The notes: a model not told the origin generated them from the letters alone. 64,000 nucleotides of DNA, filler included, from Basidiobolus ranarum (GCA_040143965.1; 19 parts of 19 records of this genome joined end to end with filler, not necessarily neighbours in it), one strand, 5' to 3'; positions 1 to 14,429 are shown, counted from the whole stretch's first letter. Made by a program: numbers and translations.

Positions 1-419
1 CTATATGGATCAAAACCAAGTGTTTCAGCATATTGCCTAATTTCAGCTCAAAAATGCTCTCTATTGGAACTCAAAAGCAACAAATGCATATTTCTTGGTT
101 ACTGAGCTAGAGCATCTGATATTTATATTAGCACTGACACATTCAAAATAACTGACTCTGATTACCACTTAAAATCAGAATAAGCACTTGCATTTTAGCA
201 AACTTCCATAAAGAATTTAGCCAAATTATCCCTGTCCAAAAATTCACAAATTTTTCACTACCAGTAGAAGTGACAATAGTACAATGTATTACACAATGGA
301 TAAAATAATATTATTTTAAATCTTGTTCTATCTTACTAACAAGTCTGTCATGCAGAATTCCTTGTTGTACCATTATAGTTTCACAAGAACAAAATAATAC
401 AAATTATAGAGATACTTAC

Positions 420-1010
420 TGTTTTCCATGGATTGAGTTTTGTTGCAGTTATTAGGCTGCATCAAAGCAAAAACCCATGAGCACATTGAAAAGAGCCCTG
501 TGATTGAAGATCAAAGTCTGGAGTATCCTTAACCCATTGTATTACAACTATCACTGATTTTGTGTTTTATTGTATATTAGATTAGCATATGGTACAGCCA
601 ATGATTTCACATGGAGCCTCATTTTACCATAGGTATATATGCATGGGGACTCCTAGAATGTAGAGCCAGCACCTATGATCTCTATGCATTGTAAACAATG
701 CAGTAGTGAATGTATTGAATACTGGCATATATTCAATTTATCTTCTTTAAATCTGTAACAAAGTTTTTCATATCCAATTATAAAGTCTTTGCACAGTCAC
801 TGTATCAACCTTAGATCTGCCAATGTGAGTTAAAGCCGTAACAATATATTAATCATATCAACAAATAAATATGATATCTCCATCAAAGCCTGCCAAGATA
901 GTAAACCATTAATAAGATATATTCAATTTGATAACACCTAAGTGTCAAATTCACAAATACATAACTAGGTGAAACTCTTCCAAATCTTTTAATCACTTTT
1001 GTCAAGAAAT
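420..1010 (-). mobile_element. Degenerate CACTA/EnSpm-like transposase fragment
   Basis: Nucleotide homology to the transposase ORF at about 42430-43030 (e.g. CCATGAGCACATTGAAA, GATTAGCATATGG, CCAATGTGAGTT). Contains many stops; boundaries approximate. Confidence 0.75.
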
Positions 1011-1049
1011 TGCACCGCTAAACAGTTTTGTTTGGATACTTATATGGGA

Positions 1050-3301
1050 GTGTACATGATTTCAGTCATCATTTCATCAGTAGGTCAACATTGAAGTTCC
1101 ATGATATCTTTCTCCATTGCTTATCTAACTAAATGATGCCTAATATCTATATGTTTGTTCTAACATGAAACAGGGCTTTCAGCTAATGGAATACAACTTT
1201 GAATATCTTCAAGTATAGTAATAGCTTGTTTTGACATGTATTATAAGCTAATAGACAAAGTCCTCAACCACAGAGCTTCTTGCGTAAGTAATAACAGAGG
1301 CAGCCATATACTCTGCCTCTGTAGTGGAAAGTATTCCACTTGATTTCTTCTGACTATTCCAGGTTATGGCCCCATTCTCAGAGAGAAAGAGTATAAAGTT
1401 GTTGATCTTGCTTCATCAAGGTTTCTTCCCCAGTGTGTGTCACTGTAGCCTTCAAAATTTCATGCATGAGGAGTGCCAGGGTGTTCCACAACTAGATCCT
1501 CAGTTCCTCTGAGATACCAGATATTTGGGTTACTGTTACTGCAGTTTTGTGCTCAGATCCAGAATTTTTAGACATTGGGCTGAAAGTTCCCACAGCTGCA
1601 GCAGCTTTTGGATGTGTTCCAACCACTGTATACATTAAACTACCCACCATGGACTGATAAGGGAACTCCAGGCATTGTTTGTGTCTTGTTGGGACCAAAT
1701 CAGATGAAGGTTTGCTTATTTTCACACCAGGATCCATTGGTGTTGATACAGGCTTGCTATTTATTTGTTGAGCATTTTAGGATGACTAGGATCTCTCTAG
1801 ACCAACTCAGCAAGATTTTCTGCATAGATTCATCCTCTTGATTTGGATTCAAAGGGAATAATTTTATTTGCGCATGTTAGTCATCAAAAATTGGTTTGTT
1901 AAGCAGCTTTTTGTCTGTTTAGTGTTTTGAGATCATTTGTGGCTACAAGCAAGTCATCCACCTAAAGTGTCAAGAGAGGAATCCTGTTTCTGGTTGTTTT
2001 GTGTAGATACTGTGAGCTGCTACGCATTTTTGGAATTCCAGTGATTGCAAAAATATCTATCTTGTTGTACCATGTCCTAGATGCTTGCTTGAGTCCATAC
2101 AGCAGTGTTTGCATTTTACAGAGCATGTCAGGGTGTTCAGGGTCAGCAAATCCTTTTGGTTCATCCATGTAGATCTCTGCTTCTAGATATTTATTTATAA
2201 ATGTTGTTTTTTGAATCCAGTTAATGTGAATCTTGGATATGAATTGGGGAAAGAACTAGGATTGCTGTAATGGGGTTAAACATAGCTACCAAAGCAAACA
2301 TTCCATTAACATCAATACCTGGAGTCTGCAAAAAACCTTGTGCAACTAATCTTTCTTTGTACCTCACAATGGTTCTATCAGCTTGGTCTCTGGCTTTGTA
2401 GTCCCACTTGCAACCTATTGGCTCTCTCCCTGATTGTAGAGGACTTAAAAACTGTGTCTTAATGTCCCAGAGTGTACAAAACTCATTCAACATTGCTTTT
2501 TGCCATAACTTTGATTCTGGAAACTCCATAGCTTTGGATAGAGTCTGTAGCCCATCACAGAATGATGCACAAGCTTAGACATTAGCATTAGAAGTGTACA
2601 CAAATTATTTTGCTTATTCCTCAATCTGGATGATCATTTATTATCTGAGTCAACCCCTGATGTAATAGGCACTTGAATCCTGGTTAAAATGTGGTCAGAT
2701 ACATCTGGAAGTTTGTGAGAAACTTCCTGAATGGTTGTTATTGTGTTTTCTGGATCAACAACAGTGATTTGGGGTGAAAAAATTGCTAGTTCATTAAAAA
2801 TCACCTCTCTGCACCTAATGAACTTTTAATTTTTTGTATCAATTGGTAACTAGGCCTTGGATCCTTCCCAATAACCAAAAAATATGCATTGAAGGCCTTT
2901 GGGTTCCTATTTGGAGCATTTTTAGCAGGAATTAGGCAGTGTGCTGTGCAAACAAAGATCCCGAGATGATCTACATTTGATTTTGATTCATATTTCTTCA
3001 AATATCTGAAAATCCACTTAACTGCTGCATAATACTCAGATCCTTGGTTTTGCACATGTTGGCTAACTACTCCCACTTCAAAAAATATATCTGGCTGGGT
3101 TCCAGTTAAAGCATGGATCAAACTACCTACAGACAAATGATAAGAGAACTCAGGGATTCAAATGACATCTTTTGAGCCATAATTGGCAGATCTTCATCAT
3201 TTTTTATGGGAATTTTGACTAGTTTCACACCTGGATCCATGGGAGCTACTACTGGCTTGCTATTCTCCATCCTGTAATATCTGAGAATGTCTGAGATGTA
3301 T
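1050..3301 (-). mobile_element. Degenerate Ty1/copia pol (RT and RNase H), at least two nested fragments
   Basis: ORF pieces PIGCKWDYK..RYKERLVAQGFLQTPGID, MDEPKGF..LLYGLKQASRTWY and FPYQSMVGSLMY..GTHP. RNase H STTEAEY motif near 1310-1330. A second VGSLIHALTGTQPDI segment at about 3100. Confidence 0.9.
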
Positions 3302-3401
3302 NNNNNNNNNNNNNNNNNNNNNNNNNNNNNNNNNNNNNNNNNNNNTTAATTAATTAANNNNNNNNNNNNNNNNNNNNNNNNNNNNNNNNNNNNNNNNNNN
3401 N
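3302..3401. other. Artificial contig linker (first of 18)
   Basis: 100 nt of N with a central TTAATTAATTAA (stops in all six frames). Other copies start at 6702, 10100, 13496, 16890, 20280, 23669, 27056, 30442, 33827, 37209, 40590, 43966, 47341, 50716, 54088, 57459 and 60830. The contigs between them fall in length from 3300 to 3271 bp. Confidence 0.99.
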
Positions 3402-4565
3402 GATCTAATATGATTGGACGGGAGAAAAGATTTTTACGATCTCCGAGTGAGTGTTTTTGAGATTTATTTTTCTATTGCATGATTTGGATTTTCATGACAA
3501 ATGTTTGATTAGATTTATGTCTTGCAACTGAGAAGCTGAATAAGTAAAACTCAACTGCTGTATGGTTCAATCTATCTTTAACCATATATCGACTACCGGT
3601 CGAGCCATCCTTTGTAGGGAACAAATTCCCTGAAATAACCATTTGGGCAACATCTGTGGGTTCAAAATAATATCCTGTGAGTCGCTTTTTACCAAAAGAA
3701 ATTTCATTCGCAAATCGATTGGAGAACTCATCCTTTAGATCACTTCACGCACTTTTCCTGGTAACCTAGTTGACAAAAATCGACTGATCCACTTCAATAG
3801 ATTGATCTAAAAGGTTGGTGAATGCATAGGTTTCAGGCTTTAAAGCTTGTGTAGAGACTGGAAAGATTTCATCATGAATACTTAACAACATTACCATGTC
3901 ATCGCTAACCGCATAATATGAAGAATAGCTTAGAAAGTATGAAGGCTATCCATAATGAAAATGGGTGGCATCTCTCCTCATCTTCCAACAATGTAAGTGC
4001 ACTGTGAAGCTTAACTAACTAATAATGAGTACTTGGTCAAAATATATACAATTAACCCGAATCTACAGCGGTCCAGTCTAACAAAATGTGGATTTTCTTT
4101 CTTTATTACAAGCTTCATATCGGAGGAAATGCACTCAAAAAGATACATCTACTACTCTTTCAAGTATATTCATTTCCACTTTGCTATCAACTATTTTCGT
4201 AGAGTGAGCGGTGAAAACGAAATTTTAGAAGCGTTAAAAAACGAGGTTTTCCTTGGATAAATTAACCTTTCTCTATAAAATGACTCTTAGAAGAACAAGG
4301 TGGGGAAAATATAGAGACAAGCAAAGAAACAAAAACTCAAAGTGGCGTATAGAGAAGAGGAACAATATAATGGAACATGTTATAGGACAAGTTGAAAGAG
4401 GAAATTCAAACAAAAAGGATTTACGAGAACATCAAAATGAAATATATATAATATACTTGATTGGTGCTAGTAGACTTAGCCTACTTCCGAAAGACCAGTT
4501 CTTGAAAGAATTCGCCATATTAGATGAGAAGATGTGTATGTTTTACAAAAAGCCATAATTTCTAC

Positions 4566-5310
<745 letters not shown>

Positions 5311-6801
5311 TTTTTAACCTCAGTTCTATAGAATAATTTGACAGACAAATGAGCGATGTATTTTGCAGCAAATGAAGTTCGATGTTCGTCGGCTCAGTCT
5401 ACCGACAAGTATAACGGTTGTATCACAAAATAAGAGTGGTCGCGTGGTATGCTAACTTGAACGCGTCTAGGTAATAATTCTAGAACGTGATTATTTGGGT
5501 AGCTATCGAGATATGGTTTCGAGAAGTCAACAAGAATGTTGCAAAACAGAGTTACTAACAAATCCGGGCTCCTTATCTTAAGAGTTATGATCCCCGAGTC
5601 AACAGCTTAGGGATCCATTTTGGGAAAATAGCCCCTTTTATAAAAATCACTTGAGGGAACAGAAAACAAACTGAAATCACCAAAATGATGATGTGTATTC
5701 TAAAATAGCGGAAATATTCCATCCTGAAACCCGCACAAAATCGCCTGAATCGAGTATTTTATATGCTATAAAGTTGGGTGTGACTTGAATTGAGGTGACC
5801 TTGTGAGCACGATCACAAGACAGTAAAGAGCTCAGGTAGCACATTTTCAAGTGAAATTGTCGAGGAGCTTAAGAGTTTTAGACAAAAACAATGAATAAAA
5901 TGAATCGGATCTTTTTGCTAGATTTCCGATAGATTTTGGTTTGTTTGTAAACAAACGATTATATCAATGAGGGTGGGACAGCATGATTGTTCATTTATGG
6001 TAACCCTTTGTTCCATTTTGCACACTTCGCTGAATAGCGTCGCAATTCAATTATGTTCCTATTCAATCAGCCATCTCCGACTTCAAGCTCGCGATGGGGA
6101 TTTATTTGTTTGTTCTTCGCCCAAATAACGAACCCTCTGCATACACCTTCGTCCGGCTGTAATGCAAATCCAAGAAGGCGGATAATTCACCAGGGCGCAT
6201 CTACAGGAGCTATTGAGGATACGTGGCAGGCCTGACCCTTACCGGATACCAGGTTGACCGCCCCTCCCGATGATTTTCACCCAGCAACTAGATCACTTCT
6301 GCTTGGTGGGATCAGCCCGAGTTACCTCGTGGATATTACTCCTGAGTTACGTCATTGCTGGGGTTCTGGTTTTTAATTCCTCATGTAGCTTTCACTTTGC
6401 CCATCATAATGAAGACATTTAGAACTCACATGCCTCGAATAGCCATCAAGGCCGTGTGTCTCACATTCGATAGCCAGACTGGATTGGTTATGAACCTTGA
6501 ACAATGCTCACTGAAGAACACCTTAACTGTAGACAAAGTATTGAGTAGTTCATGCCACTGCCACTTTAAGTAAGGTGGCTTTATTTTGGATCTCACATTT
6601 CTTGGTGTGACTCTTGCCTGAAAGCCTTAGAGCTCGAGTGATTGGCACCGCATCCCGCCGCCTGTGCCCCACGGGTAATAATCGGATTTGAGGATGTACT
6701 GNNNNNNNNNNNNNNNNNNNNNNNNNNNNNNNNNNNNNNNNNNNNTTAATTAATTAANNNNNNNNNNNNNNNNNNNNNNNNNNNNNNNNNNNNNNNNNNN
6801 N

Positions 6802-7420
6802 CTCATCACAGCTGAAGCAATCACACTTGCCCAGCAACTTGCCAATCGTGAGAAAACAAAGAGTGACCTTATTGATGATGGATTCAACAAGAGCACTTTC
6901 CGTGACGCTCAAGGTTTACCAGAATGGTTTGTGGATGATGAGAGGAAGCATTCCAAGCCTAATGTGCCTGTTACAAAAGAGGCCATGAACGCTCTTCGAG
7001 AGAAGATGAAGGCGTTAGATGCTCGTCCCATCAAGAAGATCGCTGAAGCCAAGGCCAGAAAGAAGTTCAAGGCCGTCAAGAAGTTAGCCAAGATCCAACA
7101 GAAGGCCTCTACAATCGCTGAGAATGAGGACCTGACGGAGCGTGAGAAGGCTGAGTCGATCAACAAATTGCTCTCTAAATCCATGAAGAAGAAGCCCAAG
7201 AAGGATATCAAGGTCGTGGTGGCTAGAGGTGGTAACAGAGCTATCAAGGGCAGACCAAAGGGTGTTAGTGGTCGTTATAAGGTATGTTTTCATTGAATAT
7301 ATTGGTGACCCTCGATTGATTCTAATTGTTGCCTTTTTACAGATGGTTGATCCTAGAATGAGAAAGGAGGTTCGTGCCTTGAAACGAGTCGCCAAGAAGG
7401 AGAAGAAAAGTCGTCGGTAA
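6802..7420 (+). CDS. SPB1: rRNA 2'-O-methyltransferase Spb1, C-terminal part (5' truncated), intron 7282-7342
   Basis: [56 protein letters not shown] matches the Spb1 C-terminal domain. Confidence 0.93.
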
Positions 7421-7875
7421 AGCGACTTGTTAGTAGTCAGCCCTTTGAACATCTACCTCTGTCAAACATAGCAATAGATAATTAATCATGTACATTGTGC
7501 ATACCTTGGCAAGCAAAACACTATTGTTATTATCATTTGAAACTCAACGATGATGCCAGGATATTTTAGAATCGATGTATACTTTAATACCGATGCAAAC
7601 TTTTTTTGTATTCCAAACTTTTGTTGCGTGGTATATTTTATTTTTGTTTCTTCACCAATAAAGAAATGTTCACTACCAAGACAATGTGAGATTAAATGCT
7701 TTCGTAATCAGCTTAAGTAAAGATTTATTCGCAGCAGATGTTGGTCTTGCTTAAGTGAAATATGTTCATACCAATCACCAATCAGTGACACGCAAAAGGA
7801 GAGAGTCAAAACATCATTGCAATTATTTATTGGCAGTATTGGTACACCTTCCTTCTCGACCTTCTACCGAACAAG

Positions 7876-8677
7876 ATGGTAAAAATTTTAGTTTTACTTT
7901 AAAAAAAGGGACTCCCTACTTGAGTTCACAAAGTTAAAAGGAACAATTCAACTAATAATAACATGTATTCCGAAACTTTAGGCAAACAGTTCTGCTAAAA
8001 AGATTGCAATTGAAAACGCGAAAACCCTAGAAAACCTACGTATTTGGTTTATGGGAGTGAATGTGAGTTATAGTAATAGTAAAGAGAATTCCCTTTCTCA
8101 GGGATTCTATCCTTCTTTGAGAATCAAAACTAATGTTTACTTCTTCCAAAGGCGTTTTATATATTGATTAGGGGGATATTTTATTTCTCCAGTTTTGGTT
8201 TATATCACTTCTTAGGGTATGCCATTACCGGTGGAATAAGTTTATTTCTCTATTTGCAACTTAAAAGCATGGGAACCCCTAGATACTCATTTAACGGACA
8301 ATTGGAAAGTTCTGGAGATGATTTGAGTGCTGAAGGACTCACCGCTTATTTTTTCGACATCATCTATGTTACCTGGTTTGTACACGTTGGTTCAGTCTTT
8401 ACTGACTATTTCTGGTTTGTATATCTTGTGGTAAGTGCTGAGTGGTTCTACTCATATTCTCGAACGGTTATTTACTTTGATACGAGTTCAATTTAACACT
8501 TTCTGCTTAACCTAGATTCCTGTATATGCTTCTATCAAGTTATGGACTTCAGTGATCAAACCTTACATGGGATCAAAGGGTGCGGTCGAAGAAGAACCAG
8601 TCCTAGACGATAAAGCTCGCAAAAGACAAGAGAAGAAGCAGAAAAAAGAAGGTCGCGTAAAGTATAGGAGTCACTGA
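7876..8677 (+). CDS. SND2: SRP-independent ER targeting protein Snd2/TMEM208 (DUF788); exons 7876-7878, 7982-8062, 8152-8430, 8516-8677
   Basis: MANSSAKKIAIEN..; GDDLSAEGLTAYFFDIIYVTWFVH..YLV|IPVY..; basic tail RKRQEKKQKK..VKY. Confidence 0.88.
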
Positions 8678-8838
8678 TCATAAGCATCTTTACGATTGAA
8701 AAGACAATAAAAAAGAAGATATGAAATCTTCCAAATTTTTTAGAAATTCCATAGATTAACTTTATTTCGGAAGAATCAAGAGAGCATGTGAAGGGATAAT
8801 AAAAATACATGACAACATCAGTTATGCTGGAAGTAAAG

Positions 8839-10099
8839 TTAAATTCGGATCTGGAATTTTCCAGACTTCGTGACACTACGTACTCCCTACAATATAATCC
8901 AAGCAGAGTTAGAAAGAAATGGCTAGTACGGGATAATGGATGTAACTAACTTTGTATGGCTTATATCCTTCATAAAACACCTTCAAGCTGTCTACTTTTA
9001 ATCCAGAAATTGCGTACATATTTATCTGGAAATCAGCTAGGATGGAACTACCGGCGGAGCCTAGTTTCTCACTACAAGCACAGTCAGAACGTCTTCAACA
9101 TCAAGTACATGGAAAAGCAAGGGCACTTACGATGCAGTGAAAGTTCCAGAGATCATGGGCATTCTATCTTTCATTTGAACCCGACCGATGTCCCATCGCA
9201 GCACCTACATATAAGCCCATGTTAGTATTGATCTAGAGATATCGAGGGTCTTCTCCCGCTAACCTTGGTGGTGCGATCAAACGTGTACTGGCCAATGTTC
9301 GGTGAAGCAGACACATTTTCTATGCTTTGGGCCATCGGGAAGGTGATGGCTAGGTTCTCCACGGGCTTACCGTCGGAGTGACGAATGCTTACGCTGATGT
9401 CAAATTTACCTACAAAAGGGATTGGTGAGTGGCTGGGTAGGAATCCATGAGATTGAGCAAACGAGAGTACCTCCGTTGTTATAGATTGATATTTGGGGTT
9501 TCACGTAGATGGGAAGATATGTTGGATGACGTAGATCCACTCTGACAACTTGTTAGATCAAGATCGAGGGGAGGGGAGGGGAAGGATCGAACGAAGTACC
9601 TGTAACTCATCAATTTGAAGTGACCGTCAGGTGGAATGAACGAGAGAATCCGTTCGTTTTCATACTTGCCATGTCTGTTGATGTAATGTGGCACGGATTA
9701 GCACGAGGGGTTTAGAGTCAAAGGAACACAAGGGAGCACTGACCTAATGCAAGGGTGCAAACTATAATCATCAAACAGTCTAGGGTTGACAAAGCTGAGT
9801 GTCAGATCCGGCATGCCTGTAAAGTACAACGCAACATGAGTACATTACAACAACGATGATGTGGTGTGGTCTTACCTGATAGTCGACTGTTGCTGAGAAT
9901 GTTTCCATTGATCTCGCACGAAATGACGGATCCATTGCTAAGATGTGAGCGTAAGTAAACATTACAACAAGATTTCGTTACAACGAGGTACCTGTCAACA
10001 ATGGCATCTAACTCCTCCACAATATCGAAGTAGATCTCATTGTTAGTGTATTTCACACCAGATTTTCTCCAGGGTACGTTTGATAGCGTTCCATTTGGC
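8839..10099 (-). CDS. APM3: AP-3 adaptor complex mu subunit (5' truncated, several introns)
   Basis: PWRKSGVKYTNNEIYFDIVEELDAIVD, SRLS|GMPDL, ILSFIPPDGHFKLMSY and C-terminal ISGLKVDSL..YKPYK|GVRSVTKSGKFQIRI*. Confidence 0.9.
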
Positions 10100-10199
10100 N
10101 NNNNNNNNNNNNNNNNNNNNNNNNNNNNNNNNNNNNNNNNNNNTTAATTAATTAANNNNNNNNNNNNNNNNNNNNNNNNNNNNNNNNNNNNNNNNNNNN

Positions 10200-10487
10200 G
10201 ACGCAAGCAGCACCAACGGTAGGTGTATAGATGAGTGGCATGATCTCCTCGGGAGAGCTCATGATCATCTTATAGAAAAGACGAGTATTGGTGTTTCTCA
10301 ACCAAGCCAAAAAGATGTACTTCTCAAGATCACTAGTTTTATTACGAAGTTGTTCGAAGGAGCGAGTTACCTGATTTTCCAAAGATTCTACAGTAGATGG
10401 CATCAAACCACGCAATTTGTAGGAATCCCGGTCGGTTTGGGAGGTGGCTGTACCTTGAGCAACGAAAGAGGAACGAATGTTGGTCAT
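10200..10487 (-). CDS. Malic enzyme, N-terminal part, no presequence (runs off contig)
   Basis: RDSYKLRGLMPS..LEKYIFLAWLRNTNTRLFY..MPLIYTPTVGAAC is the malic enzyme N-domain motif. There is an in-frame stop upstream of the ATG and TATAAA about 75 bp upstream. Confidence 0.92.
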
Positions 10488-13144
10488 AGTTGAAGAATGT
10501 AGAAGATGTTGATCGAATGTGGAAATCGAAGTGAATTGCTGTAGGGTTCTGTTAGTTCAATTTATACTTCGGTTGGGAATGACTCAATGGTGGAAATACT
10601 GAAGCAACCGGTGAATTGAAACAATTCCATATTTAATGGGAGTGATCTGAGCCACTTAATATATCTGATCTAACAAACAACTTCGATCCGATGACAACTC
10701 GGTATTTAGTGGGCCTGATCCAACCAATGGTACAGATAGATTCTTGTCCATAACGATGCGATTGATGGATTAAACTGAGCTAGATATCGATAACCACACC
10801 CAAGGCCAAATAATCCGTCGGCAATACTGCACTCGACTGCACAATAGCGATACATTCATATTCCACCCTAACCGCATGGCTTCCTCACGTCATGTTTAGT
10901 TAACCGTGCGTGCGGGCAGATTCAGCTCCTTTTGTGCTGTAGGATAGTCTAAGAGTGCTAGCCAGCATCTATTAACGATATGTAATGTATGGGTTTGATT
11001 GTCTTCTTGTTTAGGAGTCACATCAACACTGGTACCATACCACGATGTATCCATTTCCGTCACAGTGTACTGGATGGGGAGCATAGATCAGGAATGTCAC
11101 ACGAACCAATGGGGTTCAGAGTTAAGCTATTTTTATTACTGAACTTACTAATGCACTTACGAAACATCCCGCATTTGATTCACCAACTTTCATACCACCA
11201 GTGTCCGGTACATCCCGGGTTGGCGATATGTACTGGAATAAAGCGCCATTTGAGAATTACCATGTCGTAAGCAAGATAATCAATAGAAATTCAACACAAG
11301 TGGCGATAATCATGAGAGTAGGTAACAGGAGAGGATGGGTAACTTTAGGTGATAATCTGGCTCAAGTGAATTTCTAGAGATGAGATAAATCAATCGCCAC
11401 ATCTCATCTTATGCGACATCTCTCTAGCACTGTTTGATTACAAATGCCCGTTTGTCCTGAAATCCATACTATAAGCTTACCTGTATGGCTTTTGGGCCCA
11501 GTAAACCTCCGAAATTTACCGCTCTACGCCACGATCGTAGACAAGGATTGTTTACTATGTGAACACTCCCAATGTTACCATAGTAAATGGCGACGATGCG
11601 CGCACTCGCGGTCACCTAAAGCATGCCCTGGGGTAGGAATGCTATCCGTGCATTACCATTCATAGGGTTCACTTCTCTGTAAACCCGGTTGCGTTCATCT
11701 TTCGAGGTAAGGACTCTTTTAGCATGCCAAAATTATGACCTATTAGGTGTGAATAGGCGGCAAGTTGGTCATTGTGAGATGGAAATCTCCACACCATGAT
11801 CGATAAGTGAATTTGTTGATTTCATTTGTAATTTAGCGCTTGTGCTCCTACTCGTACTCGTATTCTCATTCACACTTTTATTTTCATATACCATTGAGGG
11901 AATGTTTTCCCACCGACTGAAACAGTTCCTCATGACCTGAATAGCAATTATAATGAGAGTGTTATTGTTAGGGATTATAGTGTGTAATGTGTGGTTTGTC
12001 ATGTACTCAGTTATCTCACATCCAGTCAACTTTCATATGGGTAAACAGCATTACAGGGTCACTTTCAATACCACCATAGGGTTGCGTTGCTTCCATTGAA
12101 ACTGGTTCGACCCACCTCTAGAGGAAAGTAGGACCTGATTCCATGAACGGACAACCAACCGAGTATCACTCATAGGTACCGAAGTTTCGGAACCAATGGC
12201 TCGGCATAAGATGCCTGAATTCAATGTCCAACTGACCCTTTCCTCTATTTCACGACTAAACAAGATCTAGATCGGGGGAGAAATTCCCCTAGAGGAAAGT
12301 ACGATCCCCTTTTCTACTTGATCATGAGAACATGAAACCTCCGTCCCGGAAGAGCCCGGAATGGCTTACATTCTCGTCGGTGATGGTTAGAGTAAGGTAG
12401 TGGATGTCAAGCTGGATTTCACATGGAATCTTAGTCACGATTAGCCACTGGGTTCATGGTTTTAACATGATGATTCACCTAAGCCTTGGTTGAAACTCGG
12501 CTTTTCCTGGAGACATTGACTGATTCCATAAAAGTGACCGTGACCATGGCTAATGACTGGCTTACAGGCTTATTACGGGCTAGGCAATTGGATTCATTGG
12601 AATTGGATCAACATTCGGTGGTTTGCATGTGTCAGTGGAACCTTGTTTGTTAGAAAGGAATCTAAGCATTCTACTACCTCTAGAGGAAGGTGACAATAGG
12701 AAAAGCTTAAAACTCTCGGAAGAGCATATAGTCTGTCTGACTTAAACTTTCACTACACCATCACCAATAACCGCCTCCATGCGGGACTAATGGTTACTGA
12801 TTATGAGTCATATCTTGGCTGTATGATTGCCATTGATTCGCTTATTCGCCATCAACATTCATGCTAGTATTGGATTGAAACCATGGAATTGTCGAGATGA
12901 GCATAGCCTATCATTCTGTTTGTTTATATGAGAATAGTTAGTGGGAGATCTAGAGTGATGTCCACATATGGCCAGATAATAATGATTCAGAGTGACAGGG
13001 GGTGATCTTCGCTGACTATATATATCCCACATGGTGGAAATGATTTATCTAGGTTCATGTTGTGAGGGATTAGGTACCATTTCTGTTCACCAATCTTTGC
13101 TATCTTCACCAGTTCATTCCATATCATTTCCTGCTTTTCAAATT

Positions 13145-13495
13145 ATGCTGGCCATACGTAATATAGTAGCCATGCAGCTACGCAGACCAACATTCTGGCG
13201 ACCCATGTCCACCAACATTCGTTCCTCTTTCACCGCCAAGGGTACAGCCACTCCCTTGGTAGAGCGGGATCAACTTCAGCTACGTGGAATCATACCTTCC
13301 TCTGTTGAGACGATGGATAAACAAGCCATTCGTGCATTCGAACAGCTACGTAATAAAACCAGTGCACTTGAAAAGTACATCTTTTTGGCTTGGTTGAGAA
13401 ATACCAACTCGAATTTATTCTATAAAATGGTATTGGATTCGCCAGAAGAGTTAATGCCACTCATCTATACACCTACCGTCGGTGCTGCTTGCGAA
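13145..13495 (+). CDS. Malic enzyme, N-terminal part with putative mitochondrial presequence (runs off contig)
   Basis: MLAIRNIVAMQLRRPTFWRPMSTNIRSSF..LRGIIPS..LEKYIFLAWLRNTN..MPLIYTPTVGAAC. The 20-aa extension is Arg-rich and has no acidic residues. TATA-like TATATATA at about 13017. Confidence 0.9.
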
Positions 13496-14429
13496 NNNNN
13501 NNNNNNNNNNNNNNNNNNNNNNNNNNNNNNNNNNNNNNNTTAATTAATTAANNNNNNNNNNNNNNNNNNNNNNNNNNNNNNNNNNNNNNNNNNNNATGCC
13601 AGAGGGTGATGGATAGTGCCAAATTGTGCCGCATAAATTTTAGAATAATTTATCCAATATGATATATACAGCACAATCTGGCACTATCACAGAGAACAAG
13701 TCCACTATTGAGCACCCCCAAGCCTTTCAGTTTCAATCGGTATTACACTGTTATGTTGTGCCCTGATCCAATAATACCTGGCCTAAAGGTACAAATCAAA
13801 TTTAGTCTAGACATGTATACTGAGATGCAAATAAATTTGTCCTCAAAGTACTGAATCTACATGTCATGTGAACACAGAGATTTTGAAATTTGTAGTATGA
13901 AAGAATGAACAATAAACTATGTTTGATTGCTTAGTGGTAGGAGATGACATTGTACAGAGTGCCTCATCAATTCAGGATACTAATGACGTACTACTCACTC
14001 AAAGACCATACCTCCCCTCGGATCCTAGATCTATAATCATTTAAAGACTTGTAAGCCAGGCACATGCAGAGATGTCAACAAGGGACGAACTACCTTCTAA
14101 CTTCAGTCAGTCGAACTAGTACCTTAGCTACAACAGACGACCTTCACTTTTGCCTACTGTCTTCTAGTATCAAATTCATTGGTTGACAAGAAATTGATTG
14201 AAAGCATCAATATTGAAAAGCGATTGACTATCAATGGTTACATTATGAGTCGCATAGCTGCTCTATGTTTACAAGTATGAAGAGATCATTAGTAAGGTTT
14301 ATATTGAAGCACCAAGTTAGTTATATGGGACTTTACTTAACACTAAAGGTAAAGAGTATAGAAAGGATTATAGCTTAATTTGAATATGCCTTGTATGGGT
14401 TTATTGTCAGTTCAAGTTTCATTCTAGTT

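Noticed and set aside
3402-3547. Possible spliced 3' end of a gene at the start of contig 2
   Set aside because: A GTGAGT...TTAG intron is plausible, but the peptide is too short to fix the frame or assign a family.
6150-6701. GC-richer patch upstream of HAP2 as an ncRNA
   Set aside because: I could not find a recognisable RNA family motif or a convincing long stem by eye; probably promoter or UTR sequence.
12119-12370. GAGGAAAG motif as RNase P/MRP RNA
   Set aside because: It lacks the GUCC/UUC continuation and a convincing complementary CR-V segment; kept only as an unexplained repeated motif.
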